A stretch of 64,000 bases of DNA from Pelagibacterales bacterium SAG-MED31 (GCA_014653715.1 JACWEB010000002.1:4717-68716); one strand, 5' to 3'; shown: positions 1 to 9,161, counted from the first letter of the stretch. Notes: a model not told the origin generated them from the sequence alone. Numbers and translations are program-made.

Positions 1-684
1 CCTATTCACTTTATCAATTATCATAAAAAAAATAGACCTTACATAGATTATAAAAATAGTAATAATAATAAATATCATTGGAATATGGCATTTACTCCAA
101 CTCCTGGAAAATTATATTTTACTAAAGATGAAAAAATAAAAGCAAAAAAAATATTAAAGTTGGCAAATAATCATTGGAATAAAAATAATCACTTCAAGTA
201 TAAGGGGGTTATTTTTTTTGAGTCAACATCAACAAAAATTGACCATAATTATTATTACAATAAAATGAAGAATAAAGATTGGGGAGAGTCTAACTGGCAA
301 GAATTAATTTTAAGACTTAAACACGAATATTTAATAATTCAATCTAAGCATAAAAAATCTAAAAAATATAAGGGGGTATTTTATTCTTCAATTGATTTTG
401 ATTTCAGAACAGCCTGTGCAATTATAAACGAGTGCGATCTTTTTTTAGGCCCTGAAGGAGGATTTGGTCACGTAGCTGCTGCACTAAACAAAAAAGCTGT
501 TATATATTTCGGCGGTTGGATACATCCAAAAGTTACAGGTTATCATTTTCATCAAAACATATACTTCAATCATCCTAATTCACCTTGTGGAGCATTAGGC
601 TATATTTGTAATCATTGTGAGGATGCAAGAAAGTCAATAACTGTAGATGGTGTTTATAGTAAAGTCAATTTGGCTTTTAAATAA
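1..684 (+). CDS. Glycosyltransferase family 9 (heptosyltransferase-like) protein, 5' truncated by window edge
   Basis: Frame is open from base 1. C-terminal GPEGGFGHVAAAL..AVIYFG and CxxC/'SITVDGV' segments match the GT9 C-terminal pattern. Confidence 0.7.
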   Translation, partial: PIHFINYHKKNRPYIDYKNSNNNKYHWNMAFTPTPGKLYFTKDEKIKAKKILKLANNHWNKNNHFKYKGVIFFESTSTKIDHNYYYNKMKNKDWGESNWQELILRLKHEYLIIQSKHKKSKKYKGVFYSSIDFDFRTACAIINECDLFLGPEGGFGHVAAALNKKAVIYFGGWIHPKVTGYHFHQNIYFNHPNSPCGALGYICNHCEDARKSITVDGVYSKVNLAFK

Positions 685-1572
685 TCAAGTTAGTTGTGAG
701 TTTTTAAATGCAATTGTTGTATTTCTTAGTAAGCAAGCAATTGTCATAGGTCCTACTCCACCTGGAACAGGGGTTATTGCTAATGCATTTCTTTCTGCTT
801 CTAAAAAATCAACATCACCAACAAGTTTAATTTTATTTTCACCATTTACATTAATCTCTACTCTGTTAATACCTACATCTATAACTATAGCGCCTTTTTT
901 TATCCAATTTCCTTTTATCATTTCTGGCCTTCCAACTGCAGCAACAACTATATCTGCGTTTTTACAAACCTCTTGTAAATTTTTTGTTTTAGAATGTGCA
1001 ATAGTAACAGTGCACGATTCTTTTAACAATAACTGAGCCATTGGTTTGCCAACAATATTTGATCTTCCTACAACCACAGCATTCATTCCACTAAGGTTTA
1101 TACCCAATCCTTTTAACATTATAAGACAACCATAAGGAGTGCATGGTATTAATAAGTTTTCATCATTGTGACTTGCTATAGATAATTTTCCAACATTTAG
1201 AGGATGAAATCCATCAGCATCTTTTTTTGGATTGATAGAATCTAAGATAATTTGTTCATTTATGTGATTAGGAAGTGGAAGCTGTACCAATATTCCATTT
1301 ACATTTTCCTGATTATTAAGTTTCATAATTAATCGTAACAAATCACTTTCAGAAATTTCTTCTCCAAGATGGTGATCAATTATTTCAATGCCAACTTCTT
1401 TTGCACTTTTAGTTTTTGCTTTAACATATACGCTACTAGCAGCAACGTTGCCGACTTGAACAACTGCGAGGCCAGGCACTTTCCCAAATTTAGATTTTAA
1501 ATTATTAATTTCTTTTTTTAGTTCATTTCTCAAATTTTGCGCAATTTCTTTTCCGTTAATCAATTTTGTCAT
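685..1572 (-). CDS. folD: Bifunctional methylenetetrahydrofolate dehydrogenase/cyclohydrolase
   Basis: GILVQLPLP, KDADGFHP, PCTP, GRSNIVGKP and PVPGGVGPMT motifs. Start moved to ATG 1572 (MTKLING). Confidence 0.97.
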   Translation of the reverse strand: MTKLINGKEIAQNLRNELKKEINNLKSKFGKVPGLAVVQVGNVAASSVYVKAKTKSAKEVGIEIIDHHLGEEISESDLLRLIMKLNNQENVNGILVQLPLPNHINEQIILDSINPKKDADGFHPLNVGKLSIASHNDENLLIPCTPYGCLIMLKGLGINLSGMNAVVVGRSNIVGKPMAQLLLKESCTVTIAHSKTKNLQEVCKNADIVVAAVGRPEMIKGNWIKKGAIVIDVGINRVEINVNGENKIKLVGDVDFLEAERNALAITPVPGGVGPMTIACLLRNTTIAFKNSQLT

Positions 1573-1573
1573 A

Positions 1574-1855
1574 TTACCTCGGCCAATATTCAATTAGTAA
1601 GTTTTTAATAAACAATAATCCCAAATACACAATTATTGGAGATATATCTATACTTCCAAAGTTTGGTATATATTTTCTGACCAAGCTCAGGCTTGGTTCA
1701 CACAAACGATACATAGCTTCCATTACTTTGTATACAAATCGGTTAGATGAATTAATAATATTGAAGTTAAGGAGCCAAGTAGCTATTATATAAATTAATA
1801 ATATAAATTGATAGAGATTTATTATCTGAATTATTAAACCTAGAAGAGAATTCAT
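1574..1855 (-). CDS. yggT: YggT family membrane protein
   Basis: WL..FNIIN..N, LCEP and IDISPI motifs; directly upstream of folD as in other alphaproteobacteria. Confidence 0.9.
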   Translation of the reverse strand: MNSLLGLIIQIINLYQFILLIYIIATWLLNFNIINSSNRFVYKVMEAMYRLCEPSLSLVRKYIPNFGSIDISPIIVYLGLLFIKNLLIEYWPR

Positions 1856-2111
1856 TTTTCTTAATTAGATATTTTATCATCATATTGCAAAGGAAAATAT
1901 TCTCTTTTGCTTTTATTTAAATAATTTAAAAAATTATTTTTGGAATTCAAAAAAAATACTAAATGATTTTAATAAAAAAGAAAATTTAGATAAAATTTGG
2001 TTTATTTGTAAATTTTTTTTAATGGATTGCGGTTTCAAAACCAGATTAAGTAATCTTAATTTACAAAAATATACGTTTCAAGAGGTTCCTACACTGGGAG
2101 GAAAGGATAAT

Positions 2112-2142
2112 TAAGCGGTTAAAAGAACATTTTAACCGCTTA
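2112..2142. terminator. 13-bp hairpin, probable terminator of the binding-protein gene (possibly bidirectional)
   Basis: TAAGCGGTTAAAA-GAACA-TTTTAACCGCTTA, 10 nt past the stop at 2153. Confidence 0.8.
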
Positions 2143-2152
2143 GCTTAAAAAT

Positions 2153-2998
2153 TTACATAGAAATATCTCTACCAAACCATTTCTTTGTGATTTCAGCAGT
2201 TGTGCCATCAGCTGACATTGCAGCTATAGCTTCATTCCACATTTCTAAAATATCAGTGTCTTCTTTTCTAACAGCTCCGCCTACTCCATCTCCAAAAACA
2301 CCACCTGAAAATGTTGGACCTGTAAATGCTACATTTACACCTCCACCAGACTCCATGAAGTCAATTATTGAACCTACGTCAGCAAGTACAGCATCACATC
2401 TACCAGCCCTTAAATCTAAATTATGATCATCTACACTTTGATATAATTTAACTTTAACAGCGCCAGACATATGTTTTTCAAGAAAATTTTGATGAATAGT
2501 CGAAGATTGAACACAAACAGTCGCTCCGTCCATAGCAGCAATTAATTGACCAATAGCTGCCTGCTCTTTTCCACCAGCATTATTTAAGTTAACTTTATTA
2601 ACTCCACCTGTAAATTTAGCAACAGACAAACCCTCTAAGCCACTTCCTTTAAGTACAGCAAAACGAGCACCATCGGTCATATATCCGTTAGTAAAATTTA
2701 CTTTTTCTTTTCTTTCTTCTGTAATTGACATACCAGCAATAATTATGTCGTACTTACCTTGTAGTAAGGCTGGTATAATACCATCCCAATCTTGAGTTAC
2801 CCATTCACATTCTACACCCATTCTTTCACATGCTTCATTACCAAAATCAATTTCAGCACCTTCAAGTTCGCCTGCAGAATTTAAATTATTCCATGGTGGG
2901 TATGCACCTTCAGTACCTATTTTTATCGATTTTGCATTAGTTATTGTTGTTAAGCCTAGTAAACTTAAAGAAAATAAGACTAATAAAATTTTTTTCAC
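2153..2998 (-). CDS. Polar/basic amino acid ABC transporter substrate-binding protein (HisJ/ArgT/OccT-like)
   Basis: Signal peptide; IGTEGAYPPWN, WDGIIPAL and MSITEERK motifs; AGGAGG SD before a GTG start; no permease genes adjacent. Confidence 0.92.
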   Translation of the reverse strand: MKKILLVLFSLSLLGLTTITNAKSIKIGTEGAYPPWNNLNSAGELEGAEIDFGNEACERMGVECEWVTQDWDGIIPALLQGKYDIIIAGMSITEERKEKVNFTNGYMTDGARFAVLKGSGLEGLSVAKFTGGVNKVNLNNAGGKEQAAIGQLIAAMDGATVCVQSSTIHQNFLEKHMSGAVKVKLYQSVDDHNLDLRAGRCDAVLADVGSIIDFMESGGGVNVAFTGPTFSGGVFGDGVGGAVRKEDTDILEMWNEAIAAMSADGTTAEITKKWFGRDISM

Positions 2999-3097
2999 AA
3001 TTCCTCCTTGTGTATTACTTTAAGAAAGTAATTTGATATATTTATAATGAAGTCATATATCCTAAATCAAAAAAAACAAATTAAATAAATATTAAGA

Positions 3098-3472
3098 TTA
3101 ATTATTTTTTAACTTTTTGATAAAAAAACCAATTGAAAATACTAATAATATAAAAGGAAAAAGCCATAAAAATAGATTTTTTGTATTAAAATATGGCTTG
3201 AACAAAATATATTCTCCATACCTTTCAGTTAAAAAATGCTTAATTTCTTTTTGATTTAGACCTTCTTGAAATTTGTCTTTAACTACATTTTTTATATCTT
3301 TTGCAAAATCTGAGTCTGAGTCGTAAACACTTTGATTTTGACAGGTCATACATCTTAATTCAAGTGTTAATTCTTTTACTTTAAAATCTACTTTATCATT
3401 TGATAGCACAGACTCAGAAGAAAGTATAAAATAAAAACAAAATATATATTTAAAAAAATATTGAAATTTCAT
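3098..3472 (-). CDS. ccmH: Cytochrome c biogenesis protein CcmH/CycL
   Basis: LRCMTCQNQS motif, ERYGEYIL, C-terminal TM helix. Confidence 0.93.
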   Translation of the reverse strand: MKFQYFFKYIFCFYFILSSESVLSNDKVDFKVKELTLELRCMTCQNQSVYDSDSDFAKDIKNVVKDKFQEGLNQKEIKHFLTERYGEYILFKPYFNTKNLFLWLFPFILLVFSIGFFIKKLKNN

Positions 3473-4031
3473 TATCTATAATTTTTTTAGTTAAAGGCCC
3501 CAAATGTTTAAATACTATTTTTCCATCATTATTAACAATAAAAGTTTCAGGTAAGCCAAAAACACCAAATTCAAGTGCAATTTTTCCATCTTCATCAAGC
3601 CCAACAAAAGAGTAAGGGTTACCCTCTTCATCTAAGTATTTTTTTGAGTCTACCGGATTATCTTTGTGAGCTATGCCTAGAATAAACACATTTGGATAAT
3701 CATTTGCAATTTCAAAAAATAATTTATGTTCAGCTCTACATGGAGTACACCAAGAGGCAAAAAAATTTATAAGAGTATATTTTTCTTCTGTATTATTTTC
3801 AGAACCAGATACATTAAAATTTGATGATAATTTTACATTTCTTTTAATATTGTCAGATGATAATTTTACATATTCATTATACAAACTAATAGTTTTAAAC
3901 TCAGGTATATCTTTATTTAATAATGCGCTAGGTGGATTACTCGGATCTTTTTCATATAAAATAAATAAAAGAAAAAAAACACAAACCAGAGTTAATAAGA
4001 TTAAGGGGACATATTTGATTATATTTGTCAT
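3450..4031 (-). CDS. ccmG: Thiol:disulfide interchange protein CcmG/DsbE
   Basis: N-terminal TM helix, FASWCTPCRAEH, GLPETF. Confidence 0.94.
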   Translation of the reverse strand: MTNIIKYVPLILLTLVCVFFLLFILYEKDPSNPPSALLNKDIPEFKTISLYNEYVKLSSDNIKRNVKLSSNFNVSGSENNTEEKYTLINFFASWCTPCRAEHKLFFEIANDYPNVFILGIAHKDNPVDSKKYLDEEGNPYSFVGLDEDGKIALEFGVFGLPETFIVNNDGKIVFKHLGPLTKKIIDNEISIFF

Positions 4032-5893
4032 TTTTTAAAAATTGCTATCACTCCAGAAAATATCATTATAAATACTCCAATCCAAATAAAACTTACTAGA
4101 GGATTTATATAAACACTTATACTCCAAATATTATTGTCTTCGCTACCTAGGGTTATATAAAAATCCTTCAGCCAATCATGATAAATCCCTGCCTCAGTAG
4201 TAATCATTTTTGAGACTGGATAATAGTTTTTTCCTGGCATTATATAATTAATTAATTTATCTTCTTTTGTTAGTCTAAATAAAGCTCTTAATGACTGATA
4301 GTTTTTTTCTTCTGTTAGGTATAATTTTTCGAATTTTAAAATATTTTCATTTATTTTTACTTCTTCTCCTTCTGAAATATTAAAATTATACTCTTTTTGA
4401 TAAACACTTGAAAAGGTGATACCTATAATCATTATTCCAACACCTATATGAGCGATAAAACTATTTATGGATTTTATATAATTAAATGAAATTACAAACT
4501 TATATCTTAGGACTATTGATATTGTAGATGACAGAATGATCCATGAGCCTAATATTAAACCAATAAATCCCCAAGTATTAAAAACTGTTAAATAAGAATG
4601 CAAAAAAACAACAAAACTTAAAATTAAAAAAAATACAACATAAACTTTAAATTTTTTTATTTTATTTGATTGCCAAGAAAGCACTGGTGCGATGCTCATT
4701 AGTAAAAAACCAGGTAAAAGCACTGGTAAGACAGTAGAATTAAAGTAAGGTCCTCCTACAGAAATTCGAGTATTTGTCATAACTTCAATAATAATTGGAT
4801 AAATAGTGCCTAAAAGTATTGTAAGCATAGCTATTATCATAAGAATATTATTAATAATTAAAGCTGATGTTTTATTAATTAAAAGTAAATTTAAATTATT
4901 ATTATTCTTAGGTGGCTTAATTAGAAAAATTAAAAATCCAAAACCAGTCGTTAAAAAGAAAATTAGTAATATAAATAGACCTCTTGAGGCATCAGATGCA
5001 AAAGAATGAACACTTGTCAAAATTCCTGATCTAACTAAAAATGTTCCTAAAATACTTAAAGAAAAACAAAGTATCGATAAAAAAACAATCCATCTTTCAA
5101 TTATTTGTTCACCCCTGATCATTATTAGCGAATGTACTAATGCTAGACCAACTATCCATGGCATTAATGAAATATTTTCAACAGGATCCCAAAACCACCA
5201 TCCTCCCCAACCAAGCTCATAATACGCCCAGTAAGATCCAAGAGCTATTCCAGCAGTTAGAAACGTCCAACTTACAATTGACCATTTTTTTGTTTCATAG
5301 ATCCAATTTTTATCTTCTTTTTTATTAAATAAACTTGCTATTGCTAAACTAAATACTAATGAAAAACCTACATAACCTAAATAAAGTGTTGGTGGGTGAA
5401 TTGCCAAAGCTGGATCTTGTAAAATTGGATTTAATCCAAGACCTTCGTTAACTAAGATAGAATTTACCAAGAAAGGATTTGACGTAAAAATTATAAAAAA
5501 AGCAAATATTATAAATAGAGTACTTTGAATTTTTAATACATTAATTTTAAAATCATCTAATGAATTACTGCTTAAAGAAAATAAAAATCCATAAATTGAA
5601 ATCATACAAAGCCATAATAAAATAGATCCTTCATGATTTCCCCAAGCTCCAGAAATTTTATAAATAAATGGTTTTTCTGAATGTGAATTTTGAAAAACAT
5701 TAAAATTTGAAAAATCAGAATTAATATATGCTAATACTAATGATAAAAACGAAATACAAACTAAAATAGTTGAAAATCTAAAAATTAATAAAAAAAATTT
5801 AATATTTATTTTTAATATTGAATTAGGTATCAGCAAAGCAAGTGAAAAGATAATGGATAAACATAGTGAAGAAAAACCTATAAGTGAAATCAT
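4028..5893 (-). CDS. ccmF: Heme lyase CcmF
   Basis: WGNHEGS, LNPILQDP, HPP and WAYYELGWGGWWFWDPVEN motifs. Confidence 0.96.
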   Translation of the reverse strand: MISLIGFSSLCLSIIFSLALLIPNSILKINIKFFLLIFRFSTILVCISFLSLVLAYINSDFSNFNVFQNSHSEKPFIYKISGAWGNHEGSILLWLCMISIYGFLFSLSSNSLDDFKINVLKIQSTLFIIFAFFIIFTSNPFLVNSILVNEGLGLNPILQDPALAIHPPTLYLGYVGFSLVFSLAIASLFNKKEDKNWIYETKKWSIVSWTFLTAGIALGSYWAYYELGWGGWWFWDPVENISLMPWIVGLALVHSLIMIRGEQIIERWIVFLSILCFSLSILGTFLVRSGILTSVHSFASDASRGLFILLIFFLTTGFGFLIFLIKPPKNNNNLNLLLINKTSALIINNILMIIAMLTILLGTIYPIIIEVMTNTRISVGGPYFNSTVLPVLLPGFLLMSIAPVLSWQSNKIKKFKVYVVFFLILSFVVFLHSYLTVFNTWGFIGLILGSWIILSSTISIVLRYKFVISFNYIKSINSFIAHIGVGIMIIGITFSSVYQKEYNFNISEGEEVKINENILKFEKLYLTEEKNYQSLRALFRLTKEDKLINYIMPGKNYYPVSKMITTEAGIYHDWLKDFYITLGSEDNNIWSISVYINPLVSFIWIGVFIMIFSGVIAIFKK

Positions 5894-6330
5894 TTATATT
5901 TTTTCTTCCATTGACTATTTTTTTCTAATTCTTTCTTAATTGAGGCAGGCATATAGTTTTCATCATGTTTTGCATAAATTTTAGAAGCAATGATATTATT
6001 TTTATTATTTAAAAAACCTTCAATTACAGTCCCTTGACCTTCTCTAAATAAATCAGGCAATATACCTTCATAAAAAACTAAAAAGTCATTATTATTATCA
6101 GTAATTTTAAACTGATATTTATTAAGAGATATTTTTTTAAAGGAAGACTCTTTTACATATCCACCTATTCTTAACTTGTTGTTTATAGAAATTTTTTTTT
6201 CTATAAGTTCTGAAGGGGTATAAAAAAAAACTATATTTTGTTTTGTGTTAAAAAGTATTAAGATAGAAGCTGTCCCTAGCATAGCCAATGTAATTAATAT
6301 TAATACTAGCCTTTGAAACCTTAAACTCAT
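5890..6330 (-). CDS. ccmE: Heme chaperone CcmE
   Basis: LPDLFREGQG and the AKHDENY heme-binding motif. Confidence 0.96.
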   Translation of the reverse strand: MSLRFQRLVLILITLAMLGTASILILFNTKQNIVFFYTPSELIEKKISINNKLRIGGYVKESSFKKISLNKYQFKITDNNNDFLVFYEGILPDLFREGQGTVIEGFLNNKNNIIASKIYAKHDENYMPASIKKELEKNSQWKKKYK

Positions 6331-6332
6331 AA

Positions 6333-6431
6333 TTATCTGTACTTTTTAAATTTTAGGTAAGACTGAAGAAGTAAACCGAAAACTAATAAAAATGCAGAAA
6401 AATATGTAATAAATACAAACCAAAAATACAT
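6333..6431 (-). CDS. ccmD: Heme exporter protein CcmD (32 aa, not in ORF track)
   Basis: Hand translation MYFWFVFITYFSAFLLVFGLLLQSYLKFKKYR*: one TM helix with a Tyr and a basic tail, in the ccmC-ccmE gap; stop is 2 nt before the ccmE ATG. Confidence 0.8.
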   Translation of the reverse strand: MYFWFVFITYFSAFLLVFGLLLQSYLKFKKYR

Positions 6432-6486
6432 AATTACTTTTATATATTTAATAACAGATAAAGTGGTGACTAAAGGTCACAAATAG

Positions 6487-7185
6487 CTAAAGATAGTTTT
6501 TTCTTGTTAAAATCTCTACTTTTATTCTTAAAATCGCAATTATTAGGCCAACTAGGCTAAAAGCAACAGTCATCACTAAAAGAGGTTGAAGCATTGATAT
6601 ATCTATTGAGGGAGAAGATAATTTGCTCACACTTGCAGGTTGATGCAAAGTATTCCACCAATCAACAGAAAATTTTATAATTGGAAGGTTAATGGAGCCA
6701 ATTAAAATGAATATTGCTATTGTTTTTTCTCTTACTTCTCTATTTTCAAATGTTTGATTCAAAAAAATAATTATTACATAAATTATTAATAAAATAGCAA
6801 CTGATGTTAATCTTGCATCCCATACCCACCAAGTTCCCCACATTGGTTTTCCCCACAATGATCCTGATAAAAGGCATAAAACGGTAAATACTGTTCCTAT
6901 GGGTGCAATTGCTTTATTAATTATAAAACCAAATGGTATTTTAAAAGCTAGACTAATTATACTATATATAGTCATTATGGCGTAAGTTAAGAGAGCTAAC
7001 CAAGCTGAAGGGACATGGATATACATAATTTTAACAGTCAAGCCTTGCTGATAATCTAATGGAGAACGATAAACTAATATTAATCCAGTCACTAAAATTA
7101 TAGATGTAATTGCAACAAGTGGTTTAAATATAGTATCTGAAAATTTATTGAAACTATTTGGATTTAAAAGAAATTTAAACATCAT
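6487..7185 (-). CDS. ccmC: Heme exporter CcmC
   Basis: MYIHVP, WGKPMWGTWWVWDARLT and WWNTLHQ motifs. Confidence 0.97.
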   Translation of the reverse strand: MMFKFLLNPNSFNKFSDTIFKPLVAITSIILVTGLILVYRSPLDYQQGLTVKIMYIHVPSAWLALLTYAIMTIYSIISLAFKIPFGFIINKAIAPIGTVFTVLCLLSGSLWGKPMWGTWWVWDARLTSVAILLIIYVIIIFLNQTFENREVREKTIAIFILIGSINLPIIKFSVDWWNTLHQPASVSKLSSPSIDISMLQPLLVMTVAFSLVGLIIAILRIKVEILTRKNYL

Positions 7186-7853
7186 TTATTTTTTAAAGCT
7201 AACTTTATAAAAGCACCACTTGACCAAGGGGAAATTCCTAAAAAAATTAGAGCTATACCTAAAAGTAAATTAAATAAAGAGTAAAAATTATTTTCATATT
7301 CATTTATTCCAACTGAGAATATAATTAACGGAATACTAAATAGTAGAACAAGTATACTCCCAATTGAAAAATTAGTTTTGTTTAATAGATTCATTGATGC
7401 TGAAATAGAGCCTAAACAAGATAAAATCAATGAGCCAATAATAAATGTTAAAATTAAATTATAAACCTCAATAATTGGAAGATTAAAGAAAATACTTGCT
7501 ATAGGTAAAGAAATTAAAAAAGGCATTTGTACAAATAAAAAATGAGATATTATTTTTAAAAAAGCGATAAATTCGTAACTAATCCCACTCATATGAAATA
7601 TAATAAGAACACCATTATTAAAATCATCTTCATAAAATTTTCTTAAACTTAAAGTAGAGCTAAAAAGTAATAAACTCCAAATTATACCAAGGCCTATTGA
7701 TCTTAAAAGCTGTTCATCAGTTCCTAATGCAAATACAAAAACAAAAATAGATAAGAAAAAAAATATAATATTTGATAAAAGATCAACAATATTATTATGA
7801 AATAGCTTAGACTCTCTTTTAAAAAATAAAAATATTTTTTTTACAAAAAGCAT
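7182..7853 (-). CDS. ccmB: Heme exporter permease CcmB
   Basis: Multi-TM protein with 'FYEDDFNNG' and IPLIIF, between ccmA and ccmC. Start taken as ATG 7853. Confidence 0.88.
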   Translation of the reverse strand: MLFVKKIFLFFKRESKLFHNNIVDLLSNIIFFFLSIFVFVFALGTDEQLLRSIGLGIIWSLLLFSSTLSLRKFYEDDFNNGVLIIFHMSGISYEFIAFLKIISHFLFVQMPFLISLPIASIFFNLPIIEVYNLILTFIIGSLILSCLGSISASMNLLNKTNFSIGSILVLLFSIPLIIFSVGINEYENNFYSLFNLLLGIALIFLGISPWSSGAFIKLALKNK

Positions 7854-7854
7854 T

Positions 7855-8463
7855 TTAATTAAAATCAATAACTCTTAAATTTTCAATTGATGGATTAAAA
7901 TGAGATGCAAATAGAATAATTCCATCTTTATTAATATGATCAATGAAAGTTTGATTTAAAATTTCGATAGATAAATCATCAAGATGATTGTAGGGCTCAT
8001 CCAGAATCCATAATTTTTTTTTCTCCAAAATTAGTCTTAAAAGTTCTAATTTTTTAACTTCGCCAGTTGATAGATACATAACTTTAGTATCTTTATATTT
8101 TTTTAAATTAAATGTTTCTAATAATAAATTAATATCATAATCATTTAACTTTGATGAGGATAGCCCTCGCCAAAAATTAATATTATCAAACACTGTTAGT
8201 TTTCTAGATGATGTATTCTGATCCATTATAAAAGTTGTTTCATTATAAAAATTAAATATATTTTTTTTTATATTTTTTCCTTCCCAAAATATTTCTCCAA
8301 TTTTAGAGTCTAAAATATTTAAAATTACCTTTAGAAAAGTTGTTTTACCAGATCCATTTTTTCCTCTAATCTGAGTTATTTGACCATTGCCTATAGATAA
8401 ATTTAAATCTTCAAAAATTAAAATATCATTTCTGTAGAAAGATAAATTATTTACAAGAAGCAT
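7855..8463 (-). CDS. ccmA: Heme exporter ATP-binding protein CcmA
   Basis: Walker A GKNGSGKT, LSTGE signature, LWILDEP. Confidence 0.93.
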   Translation of the reverse strand: MLLVNNLSFYRNDILIFEDLNLSIGNGQITQIRGKNGSGKTTFLKVILNILDSKIGEIFWEGKNIKKNIFNFYNETTFIMDQNTSSRKLTVFDNINFWRGLSSSKLNDYDINLLLETFNLKKYKDTKVMYLSTGEVKKLELLRLILEKKKLWILDEPYNHLDDLSIEILNQTFIDHINKDGIILFASHFNPSIENLRVIDFN

Positions 8464-8499
8464 TTTTAAAGATTAAGATTATTTTAAATAATAAACAAT

Positions 8500-8527
8500 A
8501 AAAAAAACGGGGATAACCCCGTTTTTT
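8500..8527. terminator. Rho-independent terminator downstream of the histone-like gene
   Basis: AAAAAACGGGG-ATAA-CCCCGTTTTTT, with U-tracts on both strands. Confidence 0.85.
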
Positions 8528-8592
8528 GTAATTTTAGAAAAATTAAGAAAAAGAAAAAAAATTGATTTTTTTCTCTACTTAAAAAAAATAGA

Positions 8593-8814
8593 CTATCTTC
8601 TTCTTTTCTTAGCAGCCTTTTTCTTTTTCTTAGGAGCAGCTTTTTTCTTCTTAGGAGCTGCTTTCTTTTTCTTCTTAGGAGCAGCTTTTTTCTTCTTAGG
8701 AGCTGCTTTCTTTTTCTTCTTAGGAGCAGCTTTTTTCTTCTTAGGTGCTGCTTTCTTTCTCTTTGGTGCAGCTTTCTTCTTCTTAGGTGCTGCTTTCTTT
8801 TTCTTCTTTGCCAT
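8593..8814 (-). CDS. Lys/Ala/Pro-repeat histone H1-like small basic protein
   Basis: 73 aa: 41 K, 4 R, 19 A, 8 P, 1 M, arranged as AAP plus 4-5 basic residues x8. AAGGAG SD upstream, terminator downstream, synonymous variation among the repeats. Confidence 0.8.
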   Translation of the reverse strand: MAKKKKKAAPKKKKAAPKRKKAAPKKKKAAPKKKKKAAPKKKKAAPKKKKKAAPKKKKAAPKKKKKAAKKRRR

Positions 8815-8819
8815 TTAAT

Positions 8820-8892
8820 GCTCCTTGTATTGGGTTATAGTGGAGGAACCCCCCTCCATCATCACTTAAAATAAGTGACAAACACAAAAGGC
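8820..8892 (-). promoter_or_regulatory. Structured 5' leader of the histone-like gene
   Basis: Hairpins TCACTTA/TAAGTGA (8862-8878) and TGGAGG/CCTCCA (8841-8858), with a possible basal stem covering the SD. Confidence 0.5.
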
Positions 8893-9161
8893 TTTCTTTT
8901 TTTCCCAAAACTTACGGACAAAGTCAACAATATAAGAAAATCAATTATTAGTGAAATTTTGTTAGTATTATTTTTTTTAAATTTTTATTTATTTATATTC
9001 GTATTTTTCCCAGAATTCTAATTAAAATTTACAAAACAGGTATACAAAATTTTTTTTAGTATTATGAAGGTAAAAAGTTATTACGTAACTAAAAAATTTT
9101 TTATTTTTAATCAATTATAAGTTATGTTTAATTATTTTTTATAAAAAACTATTTATTTAAT

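Noticed and set aside
2112..2150. SAM-II/SAM-V-like words (ATTTTAACCG...TAGCTTAAAA)
   Set aside because: Fully explained by a perfect terminator hairpin, and no + strand gene follows.
8620..8800. Short repeats considered as a CRISPR array (also 29830-29997)
   Set aside because: The units are contiguous and in frame, with no unique spacers and no cas genes.
9076..9090. AGTTA-N5-TAACT palindrome upstream of acnA
   Set aside because: Short and AT-rich, expected by chance, and I could not match it to a regulator.
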